A DNA stretch of 62,447 nucleotides, the filler included, from Candidatus Omnitrophota bacterium (GTDB lineage Bacteria > Omnitrophota > Gorgyraeia > Zapsychrales > JBDRMG01): assembly GCA_043812495.1 (NCBI GenBank). It is 8 parts of 7 records of this genome, joined end to end, with 100 filler letters (N's around TTAATTAATTAA, not from the genome) between each part and the next. Parts side by side here need not be neighbours in the genome. Positions count along the whole stretch, not along the records: positions 6,006 to 28,582 come from JBDRMG010000011.1; 7 more parts are not named here. One strand, written 5' to 3'. The translations under genes were made by a program, and so were the position numbers. How positions within the stretch are numbered: position 1 is the stretch's first letter; every line of letters begins with the position of its first letter. Positions 12,001-24,000 of this stretch are shown here, one piece after another. Under the pieces are notes generated by a model, which made no database searches, was not told the DNA's origin, and saw nothing but the letters and a program-made list of their open reading frames with translations.

Positions 12001-15000
12001 GTCTTTATCACCCAGGGCGATCCGACCGGCTCCAACATGTTCAGAAAAGTACTTTCTAATAATTCTGCAAAGAAGGCCAATGTTGTGCATATCGATATTG
12101 ACGGCATCACCACCCTGACCCAGCACAAGGGCCGCGTCATGGGGCCGGAACGCCTCAATCCCGCGGAAGGCGAAAAATATTTTACCGTTGTTTATCTGGA
12201 TGATCCCAGCCTGAGCGGTGACAACAGAAATGCCTTAAGAGCTATTCTGGAAGATCAGACACTCTCTGATGAGAAACCGGATGATGGCGGCCGAACAGAA
12301 CGCGAGGAGCTGCTTGCGCAGAAAGCTTTGAAAATCGCCTATCAACTGGATGCCTGGGAGGCCCTGAAAACACGCCAGCTTGCCCAATCTAAAACAACGG
12401 TCAGCCTCACCTGGTCGGAAAATTTCAAATTCAGAAAAATGTTTTATGATCAGGCGCTTTTCGGGACGCCGAAGTTAACTCGACATACCCGGGGCAATCT
12501 GGGGGTCCTTGAAAATCTGCTTGGCGAGCGATGGGTGGAGAGACACGAAAAAGGCAATCTGACGTTTCTTAATTTTATCCCCTACGCGTCCGTTCACGCG
12601 TTTGCCCTGAACATCCTCGGGAAACTATTTGGCCAAAAGTGGGTTAATAAGATCAAGAGGAACAGCCTGGACGTTCTCAATCATCTCGCGCGCTATCCGC
12701 TTGTGCGCTCATTGGCCGTCCAGGAAAATTCGCGCGGCGAGCCAAAGAAAATCGCCAAAGACGTGCTTGACCAGCATAACGGCACGGCCACACTGCACAG
12801 GGCCAATATCGAGCGAGTCGCCTATGAAAAACAAAACGAAGCAAGAGGAAGGTTCTTCTTCAACCAGGCCAAAAAACTCCAGAACTACTTAAACGACAAT
12901 AGTGACCGGGAGTCGTTTACCTGGGGTGAAATCCGCGCGCTTGTCAACGAAAAGACCGCGCTCAGGCTGGCTCCGTATCTCGATTATCCGGTGGATCAGT
13001 TTATCGCGGACATGGACCGCGTGTTCTTAAAGGAGAATAAATCAAAAGACAGAAAACAAGAATATAAGAAGCTGTATCAAAGCCGGAAAAACCGGGATCT
13101 CTTTGTCCAGTTGGCCGCGGGCCAGGACCAATTGACCGAAGAAGAAGCAAGAACGCTTGCCAAAGTGGTTCATAGCCTGCTTCTCTCCAACGGTGACGAT
13201 GCCCTGAACCTCTCCATGGACCAGGTGCTCAAGGCCTATTCTTCCGACGCGAATTTTAACGGCATATCCGCGTTAGCCAGGGAACACGAAGACTTCGTGG
13301 AGCAAAAAGGAAAAGAGAAGAATCTAGATGACTATTTTACAAATAATATTAAGGAAGGTATCTTCAATGAGGTTGGCCATGGACAGATCAGCGTCAAAGA
13401 AGCGCTTGATAAGCTCAGCGCGGATAACTTGTCTTCCAAATTAGAAGAGACAAAGAGAGAGATCGGTTCCGACCATGTCATTATTCTTGGATATCTTAAT
13501 CCACTCCAATGGTCCCAAGGCATTTCGCCGGCCGCAAGGCAAATACATCAATTTATTCTGCAAAAGGCCTTAGACCAGATGCCGCCGCGTCTTCAAAGAG
13601 CTTTCCTTGGCCGTCCCATCCATGTTGTTGAGACGCTTTCTGAAGAAACGCTCGATGAGAGCGTGTATCTTAAAGCTGAATGGCTGGAGGGCTCTTCGCT
13701 TGGGGCGCAAACGGAATTGGCCAAAGTCGGTCTGGCCGCTTCCTCCGTTTCTCATCAAACAACACTCGGAAGAGTTATCGGCCGGGTCATTTATGCCATT
13801 TCAGAAAATATCCGCGGTAAAAACCTGCATATAGGAGCGGGCGCGGGTAAAGATGAGATTAATCAGATCGCCCGTCTTGTGGGCGCGATCAATGACACAG
13901 AAGATGATCCTGAAAAATGGGATGACAGCGTCTTCACATTGGCCGCGAAAATCGTCCGGGAAGCGAATGAAATTCCGGAAATTGAAAATGAGGACCCGGA
14001 AGCCAAAGACGTCAGGCTCATCCAACAAAAAGATGAAGCCATCAAAGTGTTTACGGGATTACGCGAAAACAAACAGGAATGGGAAGAGAATAGAGAAAAA
14101 GCCAGGAGGCAATACGCCCGAAGGTTCGAAGAACCCGCAAAACCATCCTTTAAAGAAGCCACCAAGGTGCTTTTTGCCGGTGACGGCAAACCCAAGCCCA
14201 AAGAAGAAAACTCCATGATCAAGGAGTTATTCAATCATTGGTTCCCGTTTGACAAAGACGAGCGGCATATGAACTTTGGAAAGGTCAAGGTCCTTGCCAA
14301 GCCGTCATCCGTGACCCTTCTTTCGATCGCGGGAGTTCTTATCGGTACGGTTATAGGGGGGCATGGATTTCCTTTTATTAATCCCGAAGCCCTGGCCGTC
14401 CTGCCTGATGACGGAGCGATCCTTTCAGGTCTCAAGCTCCTGGCAATAGCATTGACAGGCCCTATGGTGCGCGTGGCCGTCGGCGCCGTGATGATTATTG
14501 CCCAAATAAGATTCGAAGACGCAAAAACACGTTTAGGTCATATCGGTAATTTTGCCGTCGGGAAATCAGCAATCCTTTATCCGCTGTTTGCCGCGTATCT
14601 GTCGTCTTTATCCGGTAATTACAATGTCACGGAAACACCCGGGCTCAATTATCTCTTTGCCTACGGCGTCATCATGAGCGGTTACTTAAGCGTTGTGGTG
14701 CACGAAATTGTCCACGGTCTTCAGGCGGCTTTGTTCGGCATTCGCTCAACCGGCATTAAACTGCATGCCTTTGGCGGAGCGAATTCCCTGGAAAGCATGG
14801 GCAAAACGCGCTTCCAACAGGTGATGGTCGCGGTTGTCGGTCCCTTGACCAACCTTGTTCTGGCCATAGGCGCCGCTTTGATCGCTCAGCACTTTATTAA
14901 TCCGCAAACAAGCCCCATACTGGCCAAATTCATCGGCCACGCGGACGGAAATTTCCTTGATATCCTCTGGGAAAACCTCAAAGGATTTACGCAAATCGGT

Positions 15001-18000
15001 AATCTCAACTTTATTAAATTCCAGCTTTATATCACCGTAACCAACTTGATCCTGACGCCGGTGCTGGATGCCGGCCGCATGTTTAAAGCCATGGTCTTCA
15101 AGGGCCGATATGATGAAATCGCGGCCACACGAAAAACAGTGAAATGGGGCGGCTTGCTTGGCGTTCTGGAATTCAGCGCCTTGGCCTATTTCACGGGTAT
15201 TTGGTATCTTCCGCTCTTTGGCGTAGTCCTTGCCGTTATGGGCCGCAATGAATTGCTCAACATAGGAAAACGATTCGGCCGCAAGGCCCCGAAAAATGAT
15301 TCAAGCATGCATGCGGATTTGATTCCGGGTGCTTCAGTGGTTGCAGATTATTTCAAGTCAATTTTGTCCGCAAAAGGGAAAACAGGAGCTGCTTCACAAA
15401 CAGCGGAGGGTGTCGTGGCTGACAAACGAAACGCTGAAAAAGCATTACAAGGAGCAGTTCCTGTTTTCCCTATAAATATACCCACACCGAAAAAAGGCTC
15501 GGGATTACCTCTTCCAAGTAGTCCATTTGGGCTACCAACGCCGATGGGCACTGGCTTGCCTCTGCCTATACCCATCAGTAAAGGTCCGGCACCGGGAAGC
15601 GGCACTTTCGGCGGTCAACCAGATCATCATATTATGGAATTTGCAAGAAGCGGCGCAAGTCCGGCTGATATGTTAGCCATTTTAGCCCCTGAGGACAGCC
15701 GGCAGGGTCATAAAGCGGATGTCAAAGCTAAATTAGCAGAATCAGGTAGCGGAAACACGTCATCAGGCGGAATTCATGACAATACAACCTTAGCTGCCGG
15801 ACGCTTCCCCAGCGTCCCAGGCAGTGCAAATGGTATAAGCGGGGAACCAATAACCACGGCAGTAAGCTATGCCCGATCCGCTCCTGTCGGCATAGGGACT
15901 GATAATAGCACGAGTAGTCAGGGAGTGAACAGCGCGAACGATGTGCGTTCGAGCCTGACAGGTTCCAGCTCTGAAAGAAAAGCTGAAACCGGTGGTGCGA
16001 GAGGTGTGCGCCCGAGAAACGGAAGAAACACCCACAGTTTTGCTGAACTGTCTGCCACGGGTCTTACGGATATTCAAAACGCCACGGATCTTGGTGGAAA
16101 ATATGGCTACGATCGCTCTTTATATAGAGGTATAACAGGTAATAGCGCCATCAGCATAGTCTTAGCTGATGCAAGCTCTATGAAAGCCATCAGCGAGCCT
16201 GTCATGGTTCGTGAACTGGCCGGATATAGAGCTCAAGCTGCCTTAGATCGCCAAGCAGAGACACAAGGGCTAGAGCTGCGTCAACTGCTTCAAACCCTTG
16301 GAATACGTCCTGCTATAAGATTTGATGCAGACGCCAGCTTATATGCTGAAAATGGCTCATTACCGGTGGTTCCCGGAGTGCGTCAAGAAGTCCTCACCGG
16401 GAATACGGCTTTTGAAGTCACGCCTGCCATTATAAGAGAAGTTACTAGCGGGTTAAGTGCAGTTGCCTCAGAGTTCTTCAGATCGGGCGATGCGGAAGCC
16501 GCTGCAGCCTCAGATAACGAGCCGGTAAGCCAACAAGCAATATCTTATCCAACTGGTCATGGATTAGATATTCAACCAACAAAAGAGACCAGGACATTTG
16601 GAAAAACTCCGAATACGCCACGTAGGAGTTCTCTTGCTTATAGAGCCCTTCCATTAATCATTCTTGGCATCATCCTTGTCGCTGTTTTGGTTATTATTCC
16701 TTACGACTACAATTTCTTCTATACACCGCTTTTCGCCGGAGCCAGTGCCGCCTTGCTGCCGGTGGTGGGGATGATAACGAGTACAAACGAAGTGTCTCAT
16801 CCATCTAACACTGTTTTTGTCAAAGTAATCGAGCGTCGTTACAAAAACATCAACTTCTCTCAACTTATCCGTCTGCTGTTTCTTGCGGCCATGATTCATC
16901 AATGTCTTGTGGCCACAGTTATATCGTCCGCCGTTCATTCACCCGAATATTTTATCATAAGCGGTGTTGTTCTTTTGTTGGCGACACTGGCCTTCATCAT
17001 CAACGGCCTCATTGTTGGCATTCGAGGCAAAGACGTTACCCTGCCCATCCTCTTGACCGTAGACGGAAGATTTTATTGGACATCGCCCTATTTGAAATCC
17101 GATATGAAAAAAGTCCTGATTGTTCCGGCAATCGCCTTCACCCAGGTGATATTCCCAATCGGCACCCAGGTGATATTCCCAATCGGAAGCATACCTGGAT
17201 CTTCGCCGCATTCCCTATTAACAGGGAAGCTGTATAGCGTCTTAAAGAGAATTCTTCCATTCATTATCGTTATAGTGGTTATTGCGGTTTTGTTAAACAA
17301 CCCGTCCTTGGTCTTGGATAATCTGGCCGCGGCCAGCCTGACGCCGATGCTTGGTATGTTGAAAGTAAGAGAAGATGGGCATGCTTATGAGAGCCTTCAT
17401 GAGCTATTCTACGGCAATATGTCAACAGTCCATGAATTTGAGAGTATGCTAAATACTTATCAAGCATTTGGTTTGGAAGCGGGCTTTGGAATGGATGAAT
17501 TTGGAAGATTGACCAACCCCGTATCCATCGGCCGCAGGACAGGGGTTAAAGTCAGGAATTATTTATTTAACGCCAAGCATGTCCATATTCATCCCGAAGC
17601 GGACAGATCTATTAGCATACCAGATTGTTATGGAAAAGATGGCAACCGCAGAGGGTTAACGAACGAAGCAATAATTGTTTGGGGCGCGGGCAGAGAATTT
17701 TATCTGAGCGTCATCAATCTTCTTAAGCTCCCTCGTTCTATTTATGCTGAAAACGAGAATGGAAAAGAGATATTCGATCACGCAGGTGAACTCAAGGAAG
17801 ATGTTCTTTATGAAAGGGGGATTTTGGAATTTTATCGCGTCAATGAAGATTATGCTTTACAGAAAATTTCGAGAGAAGAAGTTCGTCGCATTGAAAATGA
17901 TTTAAGACTAAAATCGCATTGGGATCGGAAGCGGGCTTTAAAGAACTGGGGTACATTGATACAAAAATATCTCGGCGATGAATCCAAAATGTTTGAATCA

Positions 18001-21000
18001 GCTATTATTCACAGAACGATCCTTAAGATTTTGACTGTTAATTCAGGATATGATTATGACCAACTTGTTGAAATATTTTTCGGCACAAAGGCATATAACA
18101 CATATATCTACCACGAAGATGTTTCATTTATCAGAGATATTTTAGAGACATTAAATGATCAATTTCTAGCTGCCGGCAAGACAAAATCTGCCAGGTCTAC
18201 CAGGGAATTAATTCTACGCATTAATCGTAAAATGAATTACCTTATTCCTTACAATGGCCAAAATGGGCAAAAAGACGGCATCACCCTCTACTCCTTCCCC
18301 GCCATTGATCCGAGAGCCGTTAAAGATTTATTTCAGTCGGTTGTCAGCCACATCCGAACAATCAGAGGCCTGGCCAAAGGCCGCAACCCCTCCGTGGCCA
18401 CCGTGGACGGCCAGACCTTGCCTGCCGATAGGCAGGCCTCTGATGATCCTTTTGCCAAAGCCTTTGAAGACCTTCCCACCGACCGCGTCTTCATTGTGTC
18501 GGACGGGCTTGCGCGGATTTTGTCCTTAGATGAAAGCGCCAACGCAGGAACGGTCGGGCAATATTCTTCGGAAATGTCTTCGGGCTTAAAGAAGGCCCTT
18601 AAAAGGGAGGAAGTTGAGCCGGAGGCGATTTCCCAACTGCTTGCGCCCGGAGCCATCTTTGTTTCGGACGCCTATGAGGGGACGAAACAACGAAAGGAAT
18701 TGGCCCATGAATTCTTCCATCGCATTTACAGGAACGGGCCGCAATCGCTTCGCGACGCGTTTAACGTGGCCTGGAATTCCATCCCCGCGGAACTAAGACA
18801 GAAAGTCATGGCAGAATTCTACCGAAATCGTTACGGTGAGTCGTTCGAGGGTCATTACAGTGAAGAAAACAGGCCGGAAGAATTCTGGGCCAATTTTATG
18901 GCCGCGATGATACAGGCTAAGGATAGCGGCCGCGGTTCGACTCCAACGCTCAGTAAAGTTATCGCCAATGACAACGTTGTGCAGGTACTTTTTAGAGAAG
19001 GATTCGCGCGCCGGTTCGAAGAAAAACTGGACGCGCTTGAAATCACGCCTGTGGAAGTGACGTTTGAATCCGATTTGCCGGTCTATGACGGCCGCATACA
19101 ATATCTAGGTGGATGGATTAACGATATCTTTGGAATTCTCGCGATTGCTATCGGAGTAATCGCTTTAATAAAATTAGTTGAAACATTAACCCCACATGTG
19201 TTCCGCGCCACGGGGCACTCCCGCAGGGAGAGAACAGAAACCAGACCACAGAGAACAGAGAAAACATATCTGCGTCATCTGCGCTTCGAATCTGTGCTAT
19301 CTGCGGTTACAAGAGGAGGTATGCCATGGAACGACAAACAAAATACCAATCGATCATCTTCGACCACGCGGTCGAATTCATCAAGGACGACTGCGTCTTC
19401 GCGGCGGGCAAAGAACCGTCAGGAAAAACCAGACTCTTTCTCATTTTTAACCACAATGGAAATATCTATTCCCGTAACGGCAGGGAGAATTCCTGGGAGC
19501 AGCTTAAAGCCAGTGACGCTCACGCCATCCGCGAGAAGGCAAGTACCGCCAACATCAAACGCTACAGCGCGAGCGGTCACTTCGAGCAAATCTAAAGTTT
19601 TCACCCTCATCACCGCTGCCATCCTTGCTTTCTTCGCCGCCACACCTCTCCAAGCCGCCGAAGCAGGTTTTATAGAAACAGATAAGTATTTTCTTATAAA
19701 GTTTATAAGTTATTTCCTCCTTGTCCCATTGGTCGGCGGGCTAGCACTTGTGATTCATGAAACGGGACACTTTACTCCATCCAAAATATTTGGCTATCGA
19801 CCGAAGTTTAATTTTGGTGGGGAGGATGCGGAGGTTATACACAAGCCCTCTGCAGGCCATTCATTTCACGGATGGAAATGGATAATAGTTTGTGCCGGCG
19901 GAATGCTTATGAACCTTACGATGGGCGCAATAGGTTACATTATTTTCTTTCAGCAAAATGTTGTTTTACTTGGAGACTACCTAACCAATATTTTCAAATT
20001 GTTTACACTAATAAATTTAGCTATGGCAGCATGTTTCTTTATTAGTTTTAGCGAGGATTCAGATATAGCCCTAGTCATTGAAGCCATCAAAAATACATTT
20101 AAACAAAACAAGATAAAGAAAAATGCTTTGTCTTCCAGAATTAATGCCAAACCCGCTCAACCCGCCCAAGCCGAAGAAACCCTCTCAGCCAACATCTTCA
20201 CGCCTTTAAACATAGCAATCGCCGGGTTCGTTGTTGTTCTTGCCGCAATTATGACCTACCGATTCTTCAAAAACCGCGCGAATTCAGCAAACAAACAGTT
20301 TCCTTTAGGCAGGGCCACAGCGGCTTACCAAATCTTTAGAGCCCTCTTCGATAATGCCGCGCAAGACATTTTCAACGTTATGATTGCCTCTCCGTGCCAG
20401 TACAAATGCGCTGAGTGCATCGCCCGTCCCGCCATCAAAGAAATTGAAGATGCAAACGAACCGCTGTATGTGGACGCACAACACCTCCGCAATCTCTTCG
20501 ATGAGCTGGCCGGATCAAACAAGGTCCAAATCGTCGGGCTCGGCGAACCGACAACCTACGGCAAGAGAGATATTTACACCGAAGGCGTAAGCCAGGACTT
20601 TTTAGACATCATCCGCTATGCCGCAGAGAGGATTAAGGAAGTCCGCATTTATACCAACGCCTATGTTGTTCCCGAAGATTTTGAACTGGCCAAAGTATTC
20701 TTCGCGCAGTTCCCCAAGAACGTTGTCTGGGTTGTCTCTGTCGACAAAGACCACAAGGCTCAGATGAAGCTCCGCACAGGAAAATCCCTAAGGAACATCA
20801 TCAAAATAATGGAACAATTACACGCCAAAGGCCTTGTGCAAGTCAACTATCATGTTACCAGAGATCTTACGGACGTTAAGAATCGCAAATTACTAAGACG
20901 TTTTGGGCTGTTCTTTGTGTCCTCCAAGAGAATACGCATGGAGACAAAAATTGGGTTGGGGGCCGCGATAGATCATGAGGATGCAAGAGATTTTGAAAAT

Positions 21001-24000
21001 GAAAAATTGCAAAGACATATAGAAACGCCTAAAAAGATTTACCCATATATCGGTATGAATGGAAGCCTTTTGACTTCAGTACACGTTGCTTTTATGCCGC
21101 GCCAGCAGCGATACGACACTGGGATAATTAGCAGCCTCTTTGATGAAACGACCAGCCCAATCGCTTATCGATCGGCCATTATTGGAAATACCCATGAGAA
21201 GCCCTTATCCGGCCTAATCTTAAACAATCTCATTTTCTCCAGAAATTATGACAAGATTTTCCGAAAAACAGCGCTCGGCCCCGATGCCATCAGAAATATT
21301 CTGCGCTCATTGAACGAGTATTTATTCGGGGATAAAGAGCAGGCCCTCGCCATGTTCGCCCAGGTCAAAAAAGAGGCCGCTCGTTGGGATGACGTTTTCG
21401 ATCCGCGCACAATCTATAACAAAACCTTTGAGTTAAGAAGTATCATGGGAAAACTTTACGCCTATCCTCCGTTCAGGGATTTCATCCGAAAATCGTTTAC
21501 GACCTCTCCCAAGACCACACTTTATGACAGATTTATCATCACAAAAGTCATCCCGATAAGAAGCAGCAAAATTATCGTTAAAATAGTTGATGAAAAGATG
21601 GTTTTCACGAGAGTAATGGCATTTATGATTGGCTTATTTCTTACTTATGTTTATTGTACTTTTGATTGTGACATGCAGACCGCATGTGTCAGGTATACGG
21701 CTATATCCGCTCTTGTCATTTTTGGTTGGATTCTTAAAGATTTTCTTGAATCTGTCAACATAGATCTAAATGGACGATATGAATATCATAATAACAGCAA
21801 GCTATTCTACTTCTTATCAGGTAATTGGTTTAATATACGGAATGCAAGGAAAGTTTCCAAATACATCGTTAGAGAATTCAAAAAAGAATTCGGAGAAGAA
21901 CTCAAAAATGTTAAATTCTTCCGCTTTTTGGCAAGTGTGTGGCTTAATGTGCAGAATGCAAAGAATGCTATCAGGAAAGCCTTCAAAAAAATAACAACTA
22001 GTATTCAGAAAGAAAACAGAAATACTCTCCAGCCTTCTTTACCGGAAGAACCTCCCCAACCCGCCCAAGCCGAAGAAACCCTCTCAGCCAACATCTTCAC
22101 GCCTGAGGCTGTCGCGGCCATCGGGCTTGTCCTCACGCTCGCGGGGATCATGATCGCGCACAACTTCTTTAAAAATCGAAGGAATTCAACACAGCGGGGA
22201 ATGAGAATTGCCACCCCAAGCCAGGGCCCGCCGGTGAAAGCGAGAATTTCCCCCGCCCTAGCCATCCTCGCTCTTTCCGCTGTTCCCGCCTTCATCATTC
22301 TTTTCGCCGTCTTCCCCGAACACAGCCTTGCGTTTATGCCGGTCGCGTTGTCTGATATTGCTTTGCCGGGATTGATGGGAGCAATAAAAAGAGAAAAAAC
22401 AGTCCAAGAGGAATCTGAAAAACTGCCGAAACAACTCTTATTGATATTGCCTAAAGTATCAATAAACGAAAGAATATACCTTTTGAAAGACCACAGAAAG
22501 ATGTCGGTGTCCCAGTTAGCAAAAGCTTCTGGTCTTTACGAAAGAGTCATCCATGATTATATAAGCGTGGCTTATAAGTTTAACATAAGCACGAGAAATC
22601 TTATTAAGCTTGCGCGTGGTTTAAGGGTCGAACCTTCATTAATCCTTGTAGGACTTACTTTTAAGAAGGCCATCAAAGGTCTTGCTCTAGCAAAGAGAAT
22701 AAACTTATGCATGGTCATCTCCGGGTACGGCATCGGAAGATTAGCAAAAAAAGTGATTCATGTGCAGTTTGAGACATTAAAAAGTTGGATAACCGGTCAA
22801 GAAACGCCGAAAACAGATCAAATTATTAAATTAGCCAGGGCTTTTGGCATTGAGCCGTTATTGCTTTGCACGGATCTCTCTTTTGAGGAAGCTATCAAAA
22901 AGAAGAGCTCTTCTGTTGGTGAAGACATTCAATTATTGAGGTTAGAGAAGAACATGCTTAGTAAGGAATTTATAAAGGGGAGAGGCTTTAGCGCAAATAG
23001 CCTTTATTCTTGGGAGAGCGGTTACAGCATTCCAAGCGCTAAATTTCTGAGAAAAATGTCCGCTGCCACCGGCATTGAAGCATCATTGCTCATGACGCAT
23101 TTTTCTGCGGAGAACTTAATGAGACAACATAAACGCACAGGGGAAAGGATAGGGGAGCTTTTAAAAATCAGAAGTATCAGCCCGGAAGAACTCGCAGGAA
23201 AAATGGACGTCTCCATTGAAGAAGTCAATGTATGGATCAACCAAGAGTCCATACCGACGCCGGAGCAAATCATCGCCATGGGCAAGATATTCGAAGTCAA
23301 CGCCTTATCGATATACACATATCTTACTTTCGAAGAAGTCTTAGTAAGAAACCGAACATTGGCCGATAGGATAATTGTTTATAGGATTTTCAAAGGGATT
23401 GATCGGCATGCATGGCTTGATCTCGCAGGGATAGCAGTGGAAACTCTGGATGATTGGGAGCAGGATCGCGCAATTCCGGATTTTGCGAGTATTGAGGTTT
23501 TAGCAAGAACTTTCGGAATCACACCCGTGGATTTGTTGAAAGGATGGCCGCTCTTAAATACTCTGAAAAGGAAAGAACAAGCCGCTGATCGCGTAATATT
23601 GGCTCGCCTATCCAAAGATTTATCCCGGAAAGAGCTTGCTAAAAAGAGCGGCCTGAGGGTCGAAAGAATCATCGCGATCGAAGAAAACAAAAACAAACCA
23701 TCTACTAGCGATCTTCAGGCCATTGCCAAAGTTTGTCCGGTCAGCTTTGCTGATTTTATCAATGGATTAGCGCTTGAACAAATAGATCAGGCAAGAGAAA
23801 CTAAGAACAAAGGATATGCAGAGTTGCCGGAAGGATTATTAAAAGCATTGCTTAAAATGTCAGTCAAGGGAAGGCTATGGTACCTGAGGAACTATAGAAA
23901 AATGTCGATAGCCGACCTTTCGAAGGCTTCCGGTGTTTCCGAAAAACGTATCAATGATTATGAAAACGAAAAAAATGGGAAAGGTTTGCTTCCAAGAACC

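Noticed and set aside
18614..18796. Another out-of-frame ORF after GGGAGG within the giant gene
   Set aside because: TTG start too close to the SD, no paralog, shadow-like composition; overlaps the HEFFH domain
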